In this document: positions 41,453-51,949 of the stretch, in pieces
Layout: every line of letters begins with the position of its first letter
How positions within the stretch are numbered: the stretch's first letter is position 1
Assembly (NCBI GenBank): GCA_963790475.1
Contig: CAWBOS010000010.1
Location: 128,001-192,000 of the forward strand
Direction of reading: 5' to 3'
Length of the DNA stretch: 64,000 nt
Source of the DNA: an uncultured delta proteobacterium
Lineage (GTDB): Bacteria > Desulfobacterota > RBG-13-43-22
Position numbers and translations under genes: made by a program
Notes under the pieces: generated by a model
The model's database searches: none
The model's input: the letters and a program-made list of their open reading frames with translations, nothing else
Told to the model about the DNA's origin: nothing

Positions 41453-41857
41453 ATGACCAGAAGAGCACTGCTTTTCGCCCTTTTCCTGCTGGCCCTGGGG
41501 GGATTCCTGCTTCACTACCGGATCCACCCTTTCTGGGTGGCCGATAAACTGGACCCCGGTACGTTTCACTTCAAGGGGACCTTTTTTCTGGCCAACCTGT
41601 TCCCTTTGATTGATGTGGTGTTGGTAACGATTCTTTTCCTGTCCAGAAAAACGGCCCTGTACGGGTATCTGCTCAACGGTCTCCTGGTTATCTATGGGAC
41701 CATTTTCATGGCCCATTTCTCCATGGCCAGTTTTATGGCTCAGTCGATTCCTCCAAGCCAATGGATCATGAAATCCCTGCTGCCTGATATCGGTATAGCT
41801 TGGGCCGATTTTTTTGTGGGCAAAGCCCTCTATGATTTCTATTTGGGTAGGAAATAA
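41453..41857 (+). CDS. Hypothetical membrane protein
   Basis: GGAGG SD; four TM segments with His residues (LLHYRIHP, MAHF). Confidence 0.7.
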   Translation: MTRRALLFALFLLALGGFLLHYRIHPFWVADKLDPGTFHFKGTFFLANLFPLIDVVLVTILFLSRKTALYGYLLNGLLVIYGTIFMAHFSMASFMAQSIPPSQWIMKSLLPDIGIAWADFFVGKALYDFYLGRK

Positions 41858-41893
41858 AGCAGGACCAACGCTGCCGCGAGAGTTGAGGCATTC

Positions 41894-43903
41894 TTATTTC
41901 ATCGAGTCCAGCAACTTTGAAAGCAGGTCGGTCTTGCTGTATCCGTCTTGAGGCTGAACCTTGCCCTCGTCCGCAAAGCCGGGGGAAAAGGTATCCTTCT
42001 GGGCGAGCAAGGCCTTGACGTTGTCGGCCTCGATAAAACGCGACAGCCGGTTGAAGGTATGAATACCCATATTGCGGCCTTCATGGTGGGCAAGGATGAA
42101 GAGCCGTTCTCTGGCCCGGGTAACCGCCACGTAAAGGAGCCTGTGCTCTTCTTCCATCTCTTCATCGTCATGGGTGGTGTAGCTTGAAGGCAGCACCCCG
42201 TCAATCGCGCCGATAAGAAAAACATTCCGCCACTCCAAACCCTTGGCCGAATGAATAGTAGAGAGGATAAGCGGCCGTTCCCAGATGGTGTCATGGAAAT
42301 CCTTCACGCCTCGTTCCGGCGGTTCGATGGCCAGGTCGACGAGCAAATCCCGCACCGAGCCGTATCTCCCGGATATTTGGGCCACCGCTTCCAGATCGTT
42401 TTTTCGCAAACGCCAATCGAGATCGAATTCTTCTCTCAGGATCGGATCATAATAATCAGTAACAGCCTGGCACAAGACCCCGGGTTCACTTGGGGCCTTT
42501 ACGAGCAGTTGGGCAAGACGGGTCAAGCCTTCGGAGGATTTACCGCCCGCGCTGTATTTTTGCAGGACGTTTTCAACTATGCTGCCCAGGGTCTCATAGG
42601 CCGCGATTTCGTTCAGCAGTCTCTCGACGGTCCTGGGGCCGATGCCGCTGATAAGGAGAAGGACGCGGCTCCAGGCCAGTTCATCCAAAGGGTTGATGAA
42701 GAGCTTCAGATGGGCGATAAGGTCTTTTACGTGAGCGGTCTCATAAAATTTGAGCCCTCCGTGAACGGCGAAGGGGATATTCCTTTTGCTCAATTCGGCC
42801 TGGAGGGGGATGGTGATGTAAGCGGAGCGGAAGAGAATGCACTGATGGCTCAGTTCCATCCCCTGATCGTAGAACTCTTTCACCCGGTCCGCGACCCAAC
42901 CGGCCTCTTCATAGGCGTCTTTGGAGTAGATGAGCGACGGTTTTTCACCATGCTCTTTTTTCACCGCCTTGAGGCACTTCTGATATTTATTCTCCATGTT
43001 GTCCAGCACCGCGTTTCCGACATCGAGAATGGCCTGGGTGCTTCTGTAATTCGTTTCAAGTTTGATGATCCGGCAGCCGGCAAATCGTTGGGGGAAGGAC
43101 ATGATATTCTCGTGGGAACTACCCCGGAAGGAGTATATCGACTGGGCGTCATCGCCGACAACCAAGATATTTTGGTGGGCCTCGGCCAGGTGGTAGGCGA
43201 TATCCCCCTGTAAGGCGTTGGTGTCCTGAAACTCGTCAATCATGACATAACGGTATCTGGCCGCAATTTGGCAGCGGACCCGCTCATCATCGAGGAGGAG
43301 TTTGAAGTAGAGGAGGAGATCATCATAGTCCAGACATTGGGAGGTGATCTTATATTCCGTATATTTATCCCGGAGCGTCTTGATTTCCTCTTCGTACGGA
43401 AGGAAGGGGATGTAGTACTTCTCCAGCACCTGCCGGATGGGCATCCCCTTATTGAGGGCCATGCCGAGGATCTTTCTCAGCATATCTTTTCGGGGGCGTC
43501 GCTTTTTCTTCTCATAAAATCCGAGTCGGACGGCGCAGCGATGGATGGCTTCTTCGGCATCGGCCTCGTCGTAGATGGTAAAATCTTTGGACATACTGAA
43601 ATACTGGCTATAGATGCGCAGCATCTTGTTGGCGAAGGAGTGGAAAGTTCCCCCTTCGACGCCTTCGCACCTGGGGTCGTGGCGGGCGGCCCTCGATATC
43701 ATCTCCCGGGCGCTGCGCCTGGTGAAAGTGAGGAGCAGAATCGAGGTCGGCGAAACTCCGCTCTCGATGAGGTAGCGAACACGGAATTCGATGACCCGTG
43801 TTTTGCCGCTTCCGGCCCCGGCAATAACGAGCAAAGGACCATCGACGGTGGTAACGGCTTCGTACTGCTTTTCGTTGAGCTGTTCTCTGATGTCCTGGGT
43901 CAT
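41894..43903 (-). CDS. UvrD/Rep/PcrA-family helicase
   Basis: AGAGSGKT, DEFQDTN, VGDDAQSIYSFRG, NYRST, STIHSAKGLEW, YVAVTRA. Confidence 0.95.
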   Translation of the reverse strand: MTQDIREQLNEKQYEAVTTVDGPLLVIAGAGSGKTRVIEFRVRYLIESGVSPTSILLLTFTRRSAREMISRAARHDPRCEGVEGGTFHSFANKMLRIYSQYFSMSKDFTIYDEADAEEAIHRCAVRLGFYEKKKRRPRKDMLRKILGMALNKGMPIRQVLEKYYIPFLPYEEEIKTLRDKYTEYKITSQCLDYDDLLLYFKLLLDDERVRCQIAARYRYVMIDEFQDTNALQGDIAYHLAEAHQNILVVGDDAQSIYSFRGSSHENIMSFPQRFAGCRIIKLETNYRSTQAILDVGNAVLDNMENKYQKCLKAVKKEHGEKPSLIYSKDAYEEAGWVADRVKEFYDQGMELSHQCILFRSAYITIPLQAELSKRNIPFAVHGGLKFYETAHVKDLIAHLKLFINPLDELAWSRVLLLISGIGPRTVERLLNEIAAYETLGSIVENVLQKYSAGGKSSEGLTRLAQLLVKAPSEPGVLCQAVTDYYDPILREEFDLDWRLRKNDLEAVAQISGRYGSVRDLLVDLAIEPPERGVKDFHDTIWERPLILSTIHSAKGLEWRNVFLIGAIDGVLPSSYTTHDDEEMEEEHRLLYVAVTRARERLFILAHHEGRNMGIHTFNRLSRFIEADNVKALLAQKDTFSPGFADEGKVQPQDGYSKTDLLSKLLDSMK

Positions 43904-44311
43904 GTATGGCTGTATTCCTGATAGGCACTGCCTTAAATTCATTTTAAAAAGAAAAACAATTTCCTTTTTTGCCGCAGACAAGGCAAACAAAGACAGACGG
44001 AAGAATAGGCACTGATTGATGACCTGTCAATCAGTACCCGGCCGGCCTTTTCGGCCAATCAGGTTTTCCCCGGCAAAGATCTGCCCTGTAGTGTATTTAT
44101 ACGGGTCCGCTGGGGAAAAGGTCTGAAGTTGTCTGTGTGGGTCATAGTAAGAAAAGATTGAATATTCATTTCTGGTATTGAAAGTATCCCCCTTTTCTAA
44201 TATTTGTCAAGGTTTTCACTTGTCGAGAAATATTTTGACAAATTAAGAGGTTATAGTAATCTTATTATATCCATTTAGCCTTTCGAGATTCAAGATATTC
44301 TTTAGACAGGT

Positions 44312-45031
44312 ATGAATGACCGATTCATAGACAAATTCGACGTAATCCTGCTGGACATGGGCAACACCTTTATGTTCGACGTGGACCGGTTCGGGGAAGA
44401 TGAGGACTATCATTCGACCTACCGGGATCTGGGGGGCAGAATTCTGACTCCGGAGGAGGTGCGCGCCCCAATTACCGAGGTCCTTGACCGAATGCTGATC
44501 GCGGCACGGGACCCGGCTCGCGTTGACGATTTCGGAGATGTTCGCCGATTCCTACTGGAATCCGGGGCAGCCTCTAAACTTCCGCCTCAGGAATTAGACC
44601 TCATTGTGGCTGTGTTTTCCAGACACGAACTCGGTTCTATCCCCAAAGGTCATGCCGATGTCCTTCACCGACTCAGGAGTTCGCATTCCCTGGGCCTGGT
44701 GTCCAATGTCTGGTCGCCGAGTCCTGTTTTCGAATCCGCGCTGGAAAGTGCCGGTGTCCGCGACCTGTTCGCGGTCCGGGTCTGGTCCTCGGATCATCTC
44801 TCGATCAAGCCTTCGGCGCGGTTGTTTCGCATAGCTCTGGACGCCTTCGCCGTCGACCCGGCCCGTGTCGTCTACGTGGGAGACAACCCCAAGAGAGACA
44901 TAGCCGGAGCGAAAGTCATGGGAATGGCTGCGGTGTGGATTGAAAATAAGACGAGGCCCCTCACTCCGGAGATCCCCGAGCCGGATTACATTGTCTCTGA
45001 TTTGACCCAGTTGGTAGAGACCGGCTTTTGA
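44312..45031 (+). CDS. HAD-superfamily hydrolase
   Basis: LLDMGNT, LVSN, KP, YVGDNPKRDIAGA. Confidence 0.9.
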   Translation: MNDRFIDKFDVILLDMGNTFMFDVDRFGEDEDYHSTYRDLGGRILTPEEVRAPITEVLDRMLIAARDPARVDDFGDVRRFLLESGAASKLPPQELDLIVAVFSRHELGSIPKGHADVLHRLRSSHSLGLVSNVWSPSPVFESALESAGVRDLFAVRVWSSDHLSIKPSARLFRIALDAFAVDPARVVYVGDNPKRDIAGAKVMGMAAVWIENKTRPLTPEIPEPDYIVSDLTQLVETGF

Positions 45032-45325
45032 GAAAAGGGAGTCCTGGCCCATCGAGTATGATTAATATAGTTGGCGCCGTTGTCATTGTTTTGGGTATCG
45101 CCTTGATGTCAAATTGAATTTTCGGGGCCTATCGTCTTGACATTGGCGATTAGCGACCTTATGTTTTTCTATGGAAAAATTATAGATAACTAACTGGTTA
45201 TATAAAAGTTATCTGTTTCCTTAGCTTTTTTAAATTTAAGAAATTCTTTTCATAAGTCTAACTTGGCACAACTTATCAAGTTTAATTTAATCTGACGAAC
45301 GTGTAAAAATCACTCAAGGGAGGAA

Positions 45326-45499
45326 ATGATGAAACTAACCAGTCGGTTTATTCTTTTTCTTTGTCTCTTGGCCGTCTTGCTTGTGGGGGGATGCGTAATC
45401 GGACCCCCATATCATCAGGTACCACCAGATCACACCATCCCCGGGCCGGGAGGGACGAATGACCATGGTGACAGGAATGTCGTTTTGAAAACGCCATAA
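45326..45499 (+). CDS. Small putative lipoprotein, 57 aa
   Basis: GGGAGG SD; MMKLTSRFILFLCLLAVLLVGG-C lipobox, Pro/His-rich tail. Confidence 0.5.
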   Translation: MMKLTSRFILFLCLLAVLLVGGCVIGPPYHQVPPDHTIPGPGGTNDHGDRNVVLKTP

Positions 45500-45667
45500 T
45501 TCGGTTTCCGTTGTACTTTTTTTCGTGGAAAACGGAGATGCCTGACCGAAATGGGGTCGGGCCTCTAAGTCGGGCCTAAAAAGAAGATTTAGGCTAAGAA
45601 TAAACCTATTGCCGGGACGTTAAAGAGGAATAATCACGGACTCGTCGTGGCCCGACCCCAGGCATCG

Positions 45668-46233
45668 ATGACTTATATCATTCTGTTGCGAGGCGTCGCG
45701 CCTACCGGTAAGAACAAAGTCGCCAGGGGGCCATTGCGCACTGCGCTGGAGAAAGCCGGACTCAAGAATGTACGAACCTGCATTCAAAGTGGAAACGTTG
45801 TTGCTACATCCATCTTAGGCCGGTCCGAGCTGTAAAAGCTGGTGCATGACTTAATCAAAGAGTGTTTTAGCGCCGATATCACGATTATCGGTAGAACGGT
45901 GCCTCAGTTTGGTAACATTCTCCTTCGTAACCCCTTTAGAAATGCCGATCCCGCGAAACTCTATTTCACGCTTCTGGCCGCCAAACCTGAAAATCGCCTG
46001 ATCAGCGAGTTCCTTGCTCCAGGATATTCACCGGACCAGGTGGAGATAATCGGGGACTGGTGTGCGTGCTCTGCGCCACCAGATAAAGCGACCTGAAGGC
46101 CAACAACAATTTCATCGAACGAAAGCTCAAAGTGGCGGCGACGCCCCGTGTCTACAATACCATCACCAAGCTTATTGAATTGGTGGGGAATAATAATCCC
46201 GCGCTGCTCGAAGGTGCCGTTTATCCGGACTGA
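45668..46233 (+). pseudogene. DUF1697 family pseudogene
   Basis: YIILLRGV..GKNKV, NVRTCIQSGNVV, NNFIERKLKVAAT; premature TAA codons and a frameshift. Confidence 0.8.
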
Positions 46234-46329
46234 GCGAACAGGGGCGGTTTTCATCCTTGACCCCTGATCCCTTCTCATCTTATAATCCGTCCCAACCAAG
46301 CCTATCTTTTTTATTCAAGGAGAACCGAT

Positions 46330-47304
46330 ATGAAAAAAATCAATACTGTACTAGGTTCCATTTCAGCGGAAGATTTGGGGTTGACGCTCATCCATGAGCA
46401 TATTGTGGCCGGCTTTCCCGGCTGGGAGTGTGACCCTTTGTCCAGACCGTACAATAGGGAGAAGATGGTCCAGTTAGCCCTGCGTTCCCTGGAACCGGTG
46501 AAGGCCTACGGCCTGAAGGCGATGGTCGATGCCACACCGGCGGACTTATACCGGGATGTGGAGATCATGAAAGCTGTCTCCGAACAATTACAAATTCACA
46601 TCGTCTGCTCCACCGGCCGGTATACCGAAGATATGGGCCAATGGACTTACCTGAAACAGCGGAGTCGAAGCGGGGTCGGTAATATGCGTGATGAGTTGTA
46701 TGACGGGATGATGCAGGAAATAACACAGGGCGTCGGAAAGTCAGGGGTGAAGCCCGGGGTGATCAAGGTGGCCACAGGCCTGAATAAAATCTCGACGATA
46801 GAAGAGGCCGTCTTGCGGGCAGCGGCCCGGGCCGCCAAGGAAACCGGACTTCCGATAATCACCCATACCGAAGCCGGGACCATGGGGCCCGAGCAGGCGG
46901 CCCTGCTGATCAGTGAAGGCGTGGATCCGGAGCGCATCATGATCGGCCACATGTGCGGGAACCCTTCCTTGCAATATCAGATGAGTGTATTGGACCAGGG
47001 CGTCAATATCGCCTTTGACCGGTTCGGGATAGAAATGTTTTTACCGGATAAAGTCAGGACCGCCGTGCTGGTCGGCCTTCTGGGGACCGGGTATGGGAAA
47101 CGCATCATGCTCTCCCATGATTTTATCGGCTGCTCATCCGGACGGGGAGGTAAAATGCCTGATGCGGGACGCCGAAATGTAGCCAACTGGTCTTTTAGCC
47201 ATATTTTCCGTGACATCATCCCGGCCCTTAAACAGGCCGGGGTCAGCGATGAGCAAATAAGAACGATGATGGTCGACAATCCCAAGCGCCTGTTGAGTCA
47301 GTAG
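46330..47304 (+). CDS. Phosphotriesterase-like lactonase (PTE/Php family)
   Basis: GLTLIHEH, GVIKVA, ITHT, IGH, MLSHD, VDNPKRLL. Confidence 0.92.
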   Translation: MKKINTVLGSISAEDLGLTLIHEHIVAGFPGWECDPLSRPYNREKMVQLALRSLEPVKAYGLKAMVDATPADLYRDVEIMKAVSEQLQIHIVCSTGRYTEDMGQWTYLKQRSRSGVGNMRDELYDGMMQEITQGVGKSGVKPGVIKVATGLNKISTIEEAVLRAAARAAKETGLPIITHTEAGTMGPEQAALLISEGVDPERIMIGHMCGNPSLQYQMSVLDQGVNIAFDRFGIEMFLPDKVRTAVLVGLLGTGYGKRIMLSHDFIGCSSGRGGKMPDAGRRNVANWSFSHIFRDIIPALKQAGVSDEQIRTMMVDNPKRLLSQ

Positions 47305-47397
47305 GATCAAAAGGCCGGCACCTTCATTGCCAAAAGCCGGAAGTATGGGTGGCGGTTGTGGACCATAACCTGTGAGCGGAGTCCGAAAGATGAGCCA

Positions 47398-48768
47398 ATG
47401 ATCAAACAATCGGTGTTGTTGATTCTTGTTTTGCTGTTTGCGGCCTTTCCTGCGGGGGCGGAGACGGAACCCACGGAGGGAGGGATAATTCGAAAAATCG
47501 AGATCAAGGGAAACCGGGTGCGGGAAAGCGTGATACGGAAGGAGCTGACCTTCACCGAGGGGGACCGAATCAGCGAGGCGGCGATCGAGAAATCGAAGGA
47601 GAACCTGTATAAGCTGGGGTTGTTCAAAACCCTGGAGATCGCGCAGGTATGGGACGAGACGCTGGACGGCGTGGTAGTAACGATCAATGCCAATGACGGC
47701 TGGCATGTGCTCCCCTGGCCGATGGTCGGCAGTCGCGGAGGCAATACCTTCGCCGCCCTGATGGTGACGGAGAAGAACCTGTTGAAATGGGGGGAGGGGA
47801 TCACCCTCTGGGGTATGTCCGACCAGGAAAGCTGGTCGGCCATCGGAAGTGTCTACCTGCCGAATCTTTATATGATCGGCGGAATAATGCAGACGGATCG
47901 AACCGAGTACCTCTATGTGGACGGCGCCTACAATACCAAGGATTTCGACAGTCAATGGGGGAATGAAAAACCTGAGGATTTCGGGGCGATTGCTGATAAG
48001 TACCGGAAAAAAATCAAATCGTCTTTCATAGGAGGTGGTATTCCCCCCTTGAGGGACTGGAAGATGTACGCGGGCTTGGTATCGACCAAGGCGGACTACG
48101 GTTCTCGACTCCAGTCAAAGCCGGGTGACTCGGGGCAACTGAATTCGGTGATATTCTCGGTTGGTTACGGAAGAGCGGTCCGGACCTTGGGCGGCTACGA
48201 TAGCGGGGCCGGCGGGTTCGGACGGATTTTTGGAATGGGGATGGCGGGGGTGGAAGAGAGTTTGAAACCGCTTCCCAACCTGGAAACAACCTGGGGAGTT
48301 TTAATGACGGTTGAACGCGGAGATGAACTGTTAGGATCGGATGTTAATTTTACGAAAGTCACGGGCCTATTAAAACACACCACGCTTTTCCGTAACCGCA
48401 GCTATTTCGAAGCTTCGATGAGCGGTGGAGTTGGATATGATCTCCCGGAGAGCCGGCGGTTTGTGACCAACCGGTTGAACGGGTTGAAAGGGTTCTATGC
48501 GCGCGAATATCGGGGAGAGTCGATTGCGGTTGCCACTGCCGAATATTCGCATCCGCTTTTCCAAAACCGGGTGGGGGGGCTGATCGGAAGGAGTTATCTG
48601 GACCTGGCCGTTTGCCGGCAGGACGATAAACAATTTGAACGGCAAGGAGTGGGCCTGGAGGTGTCCTACAAGTTTTGGCGCTTCCCTTTGCCGCTGGGGC
48701 TGGGAATCACTTACAGCTTCGATGACCGGAACTTGCAGTACACGCTGGCCATGGGAGGAATGTTCTGA
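47398..48768 (+). CDS. Omp85/TamA-like outer-membrane protein with one POTRA domain
   Basis: Signal peptide; IEIKGNRVRESVIRKEL...LYKLGLF POTRA; LKGFY motif; C-terminal Phe. Confidence 0.75.
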   Translation: MIKQSVLLILVLLFAAFPAGAETEPTEGGIIRKIEIKGNRVRESVIRKELTFTEGDRISEAAIEKSKENLYKLGLFKTLEIAQVWDETLDGVVVTINANDGWHVLPWPMVGSRGGNTFAALMVTEKNLLKWGEGITLWGMSDQESWSAIGSVYLPNLYMIGGIMQTDRTEYLYVDGAYNTKDFDSQWGNEKPEDFGAIADKYRKKIKSSFIGGGIPPLRDWKMYAGLVSTKADYGSRLQSKPGDSGQLNSVIFSVGYGRAVRTLGGYDSGAGGFGRIFGMGMAGVEESLKPLPNLETTWGVLMTVERGDELLGSDVNFTKVTGLLKHTTLFRNRSYFEASMSGGVGYDLPESRRFVTNRLNGLKGFYAREYRGESIAVATAEYSHPLFQNRVGGLIGRSYLDLAVCRQDDKQFERQGVGLEVSYKFWRFPLPLGLGITYSFDDRNLQYTLAMGGMF

Positions 48769-48849
48769 GACCGCTAACAGCGGCCATAGGTAAGAAAATT
48801 CTGAGGGCGAGGAACCCATCTTCACTACAGTTTCTTCGATTGAGGTCTT

Positions 48850-49464
48850 ATGATACAGAAAGGAGTCGATTTAAGATCCGATAAATCGGCCACTCCAAGG
48901 AAGTTTAACCGGAATGAAGAAAGTCCGGAATGGGTCAAAAATCTTCCCCGCTACGACAATCCCAATCTGTGGCTGGCGATTGAACAACTGGTCGGGACGT
49001 TATTACCCCACTTTTTACTGCTCTCGCTGATGTTCGTGTCCATCAGGCCGGGCGTCTCCTACCGGGCCACCTTCTTGCTGGCGTTAATGGCCGTTCCTTT
49101 CTATATGCGGATTTTTATCTTTTTCCACGATTGCGGCCATGGTTCCTTTTTCATGAACAGGAAGGCCAATACCATCCTGGCCTATGTTTGCGGCATACTC
49201 ACCTTCATGAGGGGCGCTTCTTTTTACAAGCTCCCTCCCATCCTTCAATGGGCCACCGGAAACATCGGATTCCATTACGCCCATCACGTGAGTCCCCGTA
49301 TCCCCAACTACAACCTCCCCAAGTGCTTCACAGAGACAAGGGAATTGCACATAAGGGGGGTTACCCTCCGTAGAAGCCTGGATGCCCTTTTCCTGAGTCT
49401 CTGGGATGAAGACAAGAAAAATCCGGTAGGTTTTAGGGATATCAAAGAGCTGAAGAGGAAGTAG
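48850..49464 (+). pseudogene. Fatty-acid desaturase (DesA-like) with in-frame internal deletion
   Basis: His-box 1 FHDCGH and box 3 HYAHH present, box 2 missing; junction GILTF|MRGASFYKLP. Confidence 0.8.
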
Positions 49465-49599
49465 AGTAGGGCAGATGCGGAATAAACTACGTCAAATGAA
49501 AAGATAAAGGATTTGCCCAAACCAGGCAAAAATAGAAGTTGTTGTTTTGAAGCGCCTGACATATAAAACTAAGATGAATGCCGGAACCTGCTTTGGGAT

Positions 49600-49927
49600 A
49601 TGAAACCTTGGGAAAGAACAAACTGACCGATCGAAAGAAAAGAGCAATGGCGACCGCCCGGAAAATCAATAGGACGGCTCTAAGACTTTAAAATAGTGAA
49701 GTCCTTGGTTGAAGAGGCCCAGGCCGGGGGCTAATGCGCAAGGATTTCAGTAGTGAGGAGATCGCGCGGATGATCTTCGCTGTGTCAGCGGCATAACCCA
49801 TGACTGGTGTCTGGTCAACGGCGGATTCGACCTTGTCTCCGAAGGAGAAAAGGTCTTCGGCGTTCTGCTGAGGGGATTGGGTCCCGAATCTCCCTCGAAA
49901 CCCATTAAAGGCCCCTCATCATCATAA
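49600..49927 (+). pseudogene. Internally deleted paralogue of TetR 56805-57458
   Basis: Matches both ends of the intact gene; ~0.3 kb removed at AAGACTTT|AAAATAGTG; frameshifts and TAC>TAA. Confidence 0.88.
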
Positions 49928-49975
49928 CAGCCCGCCAATTTTTTTGCCGGATTAATTTTAATTGAATCGCGACTC

Positions 49976-50265
49976 TTATCATTACCCCCCCCCTTTTAAT
50001 ATTAATACAAATTGCTCAAATCGACCCAAAAAAAATCTTGACAGGCCCTCTTCACTAATATATAAAACGATCAAATAATGACCTAAGTCAATGACTATAG
50101 TCATTAATGAATGGAATTTGAACTGCTGGCGCCTCCTGCAGGTAAGAAATACCTTAATAAATTCAAGAAAGAGTCAAGGGAAGGCCCCTATAATCAGGGA
50201 ACGGGGAAATGAACGACACACAACCGGCTTCAAGGGAGTACTCGATATCCAAGGGACAGCGGACC
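49976..50265 (+). repeat. Direct repeat copy A (promoter + first 19 codons of MFS); copy B at 51851-52136
   Basis: About 290 bp, near-identical by eye. Confidence 0.92.
50038..50105 (+). promoter_or_regulatory. Sigma70 promoter with tandem TetR-type operator
   Basis: TTGACA-N17-TATAAA, then AATGACCTAAGTC plus perfect palindrome AATGACTATAGTCATT (50090-50105). Confidence 0.8.
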
Positions 50266-50289
50266 CCTGGCATAGCCTGGAGGAAGAAA

Positions 50290-51417
50290 ATGTTCTCAAA
50301 ACTCGACCAGGAAGATGCGAGTGTTTTATCACGGCTCATACAGCATCTTGAGGATGCGGCGACGACATTCGTGGGATATCCATGCAACGGACGATTCGAC
50401 TACTCCGAACTGTTCCCATTTCTCTCCCACACTGTCAACAATCTCGGGGATCCTTTCGTCCCAAGCAATTACCGGATTAACACGAGAGAGATTGAATGTG
50501 AGGTGGTGAGGTTCTTCGCCGAGCTGTTCCACGCCCCCCTTCAAGACTACTGGGGCTATGTTACCAATGGGGGCACCGAAGGGAACATGTATGGCCTCTT
50601 CCTCGCTCGTGAAACCCTGCCCCAAGGTATGGTTTATTACTCGGAAGACACCCACTACAGCGTCGCAAAGATCCTCCGCGTGCTGAATGCGCGCAGTATT
50701 ATGCTCCGCTCGACAAACAATGGCGAGATGGACTATGACGATTTACGCGAGACTCTCCGAATATATAGGGACATCCCCCCAATTATTTTCGCCAACATAG
50801 GTACGACCATGAAAGGTGCGGTGGATGACCTTGGACAGATAAACGAGATCCTTAAATCTCTGGCGATACCACGGTATTACATCCATTGCGACGCCGCTCT
50901 CAGTGGCATGATTCTCCCTTTTGCCGAGAATTCGCGCCCATTCGATTTCAATTGTGAGGTCGACAGCATTTCCGTCAGCGGACACAAGTTGATCGGCTCA
51001 CCCATCCCCTGCGGCATTGTGGTCGCCAGAAAACGACATGTCGACCGGATCGCACGATCCATCGAATACGTCGGCGCGCTCGACACCACGATCAGCGGCT
51101 CACGGAATGGCATCACACCACTTTTCCTCTGGTACGCCATAAAAACCAATGGACATCAAGGCCTTAAGAACATCGTCAACGGTTGTCTTGACCTGGCGGC
51201 GTACTCTGTCGAACGCTTTTTAAGTGCCAATGTGGCGGCGTGGCGCAACGATCACTCGATCACCGTCGTCTTTCCGAAGCCTTCCGACATGGTTCTGCGG
51301 AAATGGCAAATAGCCGTGAACGGCCCTGCGGCACATATCGTCACCGTGCCTCATGTTACCAAGGAACAGGTTAACCAACTGACGCAAGATATTCTTGACA
51401 ATCCGAAGCCCTATTAG
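50290..51417 (+). CDS. hdcA: PLP-dependent group II decarboxylase, histidine/serine decarboxylase type
   Basis: NNLGDPF, GYVTNGGTEGN, THYSV, IHCDAAL, SVSGHK (PLP Lys), GSRNG; own GGAGGA SD. Confidence 0.8.
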   Translation: MFSKLDQEDASVLSRLIQHLEDAATTFVGYPCNGRFDYSELFPFLSHTVNNLGDPFVPSNYRINTREIECEVVRFFAELFHAPLQDYWGYVTNGGTEGNMYGLFLARETLPQGMVYYSEDTHYSVAKILRVLNARSIMLRSTNNGEMDYDDLRETLRIYRDIPPIIFANIGTTMKGAVDDLGQINEILKSLAIPRYYIHCDAALSGMILPFAENSRPFDFNCEVDSISVSGHKLIGSPIPCGIVVARKRHVDRIARSIEYVGALDTTISGSRNGITPLFLWYAIKTNGHQGLKNIVNGCLDLAAYSVERFLSANVAAWRNDHSITVVFPKPSDMVLRKWQIAVNGPAAHIVTVPHVTKEQVNQLTQDILDNPKPY

Positions 51418-51454
51418 CCCACCCCATAGCGAAGCACAAAAGCAGGAGAGTAAG

Positions 51455-51949
51455 ATGAAACAAATCAGGATATTGATGGATGACCGTTCTGGTCTCGTTG
51501 CGGACATCGCCAACACATTGGGATGCAAAGGAATCAATATCGAGACATTGGATGCCGAGTCGGAATGCGATCACGGGATTGTCGTGTTGACCGTCGATAG
51601 ATATGACGAAGCGGTGAGAGCATTGAGGGAAGCATCGTTCACCACCATCACCGAAGACGCCATTCTAATCAAGATAAAGGATGAGCCAGGAGCTCTCGCA
51701 ATAGTCGCCATGCGCTTCAAGGAAGCTAACATCAACCTCAAAAGCCTGCGCATCGTGAAGCGGGAAGCGGGTTACTCGCTTGCGGCCATTTGCGTGGAAG
51801 AGACTTCTGAGGCGTCTGAATTGCTGAAGGGGATGGCGGATACCGTTTATTTATCATTACCCCCTTTTAATATTAATACAAATTGCTCAAATCGACTCCA
51901 AAAAAATCTTGACAGGCCCTCTTCTCTAATATATAAAGCGATCAAATAA
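51455..51949 (+). CDS. Tandem ACT-domain protein; C-terminus runs into repeat copy B
   Basis: DDRSGLVADIANTLGCKGINIE and DEPGALAIVAMRFKEANINL; AGGAG SD. Confidence 0.8.
   Translation: MKQIRILMDDRSGLVADIANTLGCKGINIETLDAESECDHGIVVLTVDRYDEAVRALREASFTTITEDAILIKIKDEPGALAIVAMRFKEANINLKSLRIVKREAGYSLAAICVEETSEASELLKGMADTVYLSLPPFNINTNCSNRLQKNLDRPSSLIYKAIK

Noticed and set aside
42251-43921. 320-aa and 217-aa plus-strand ORFs
   Set aside because: Antisense shadows of the UvrD helicase
45265-45280. TGGCAC sigma54 -24-like box
   Set aside because: The -12 element lacks the TTGC consensus
47134-47955. 273-aa minus-strand ORF
   Set aside because: Antisense to the PTE and Omp85-like genes
50091-50351. 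Duplicated MTIVINEW... ORFs (also 51962-52183)
   Set aside because: Start inside the operator palindrome with no SD; similarity comes from the DNA repeat
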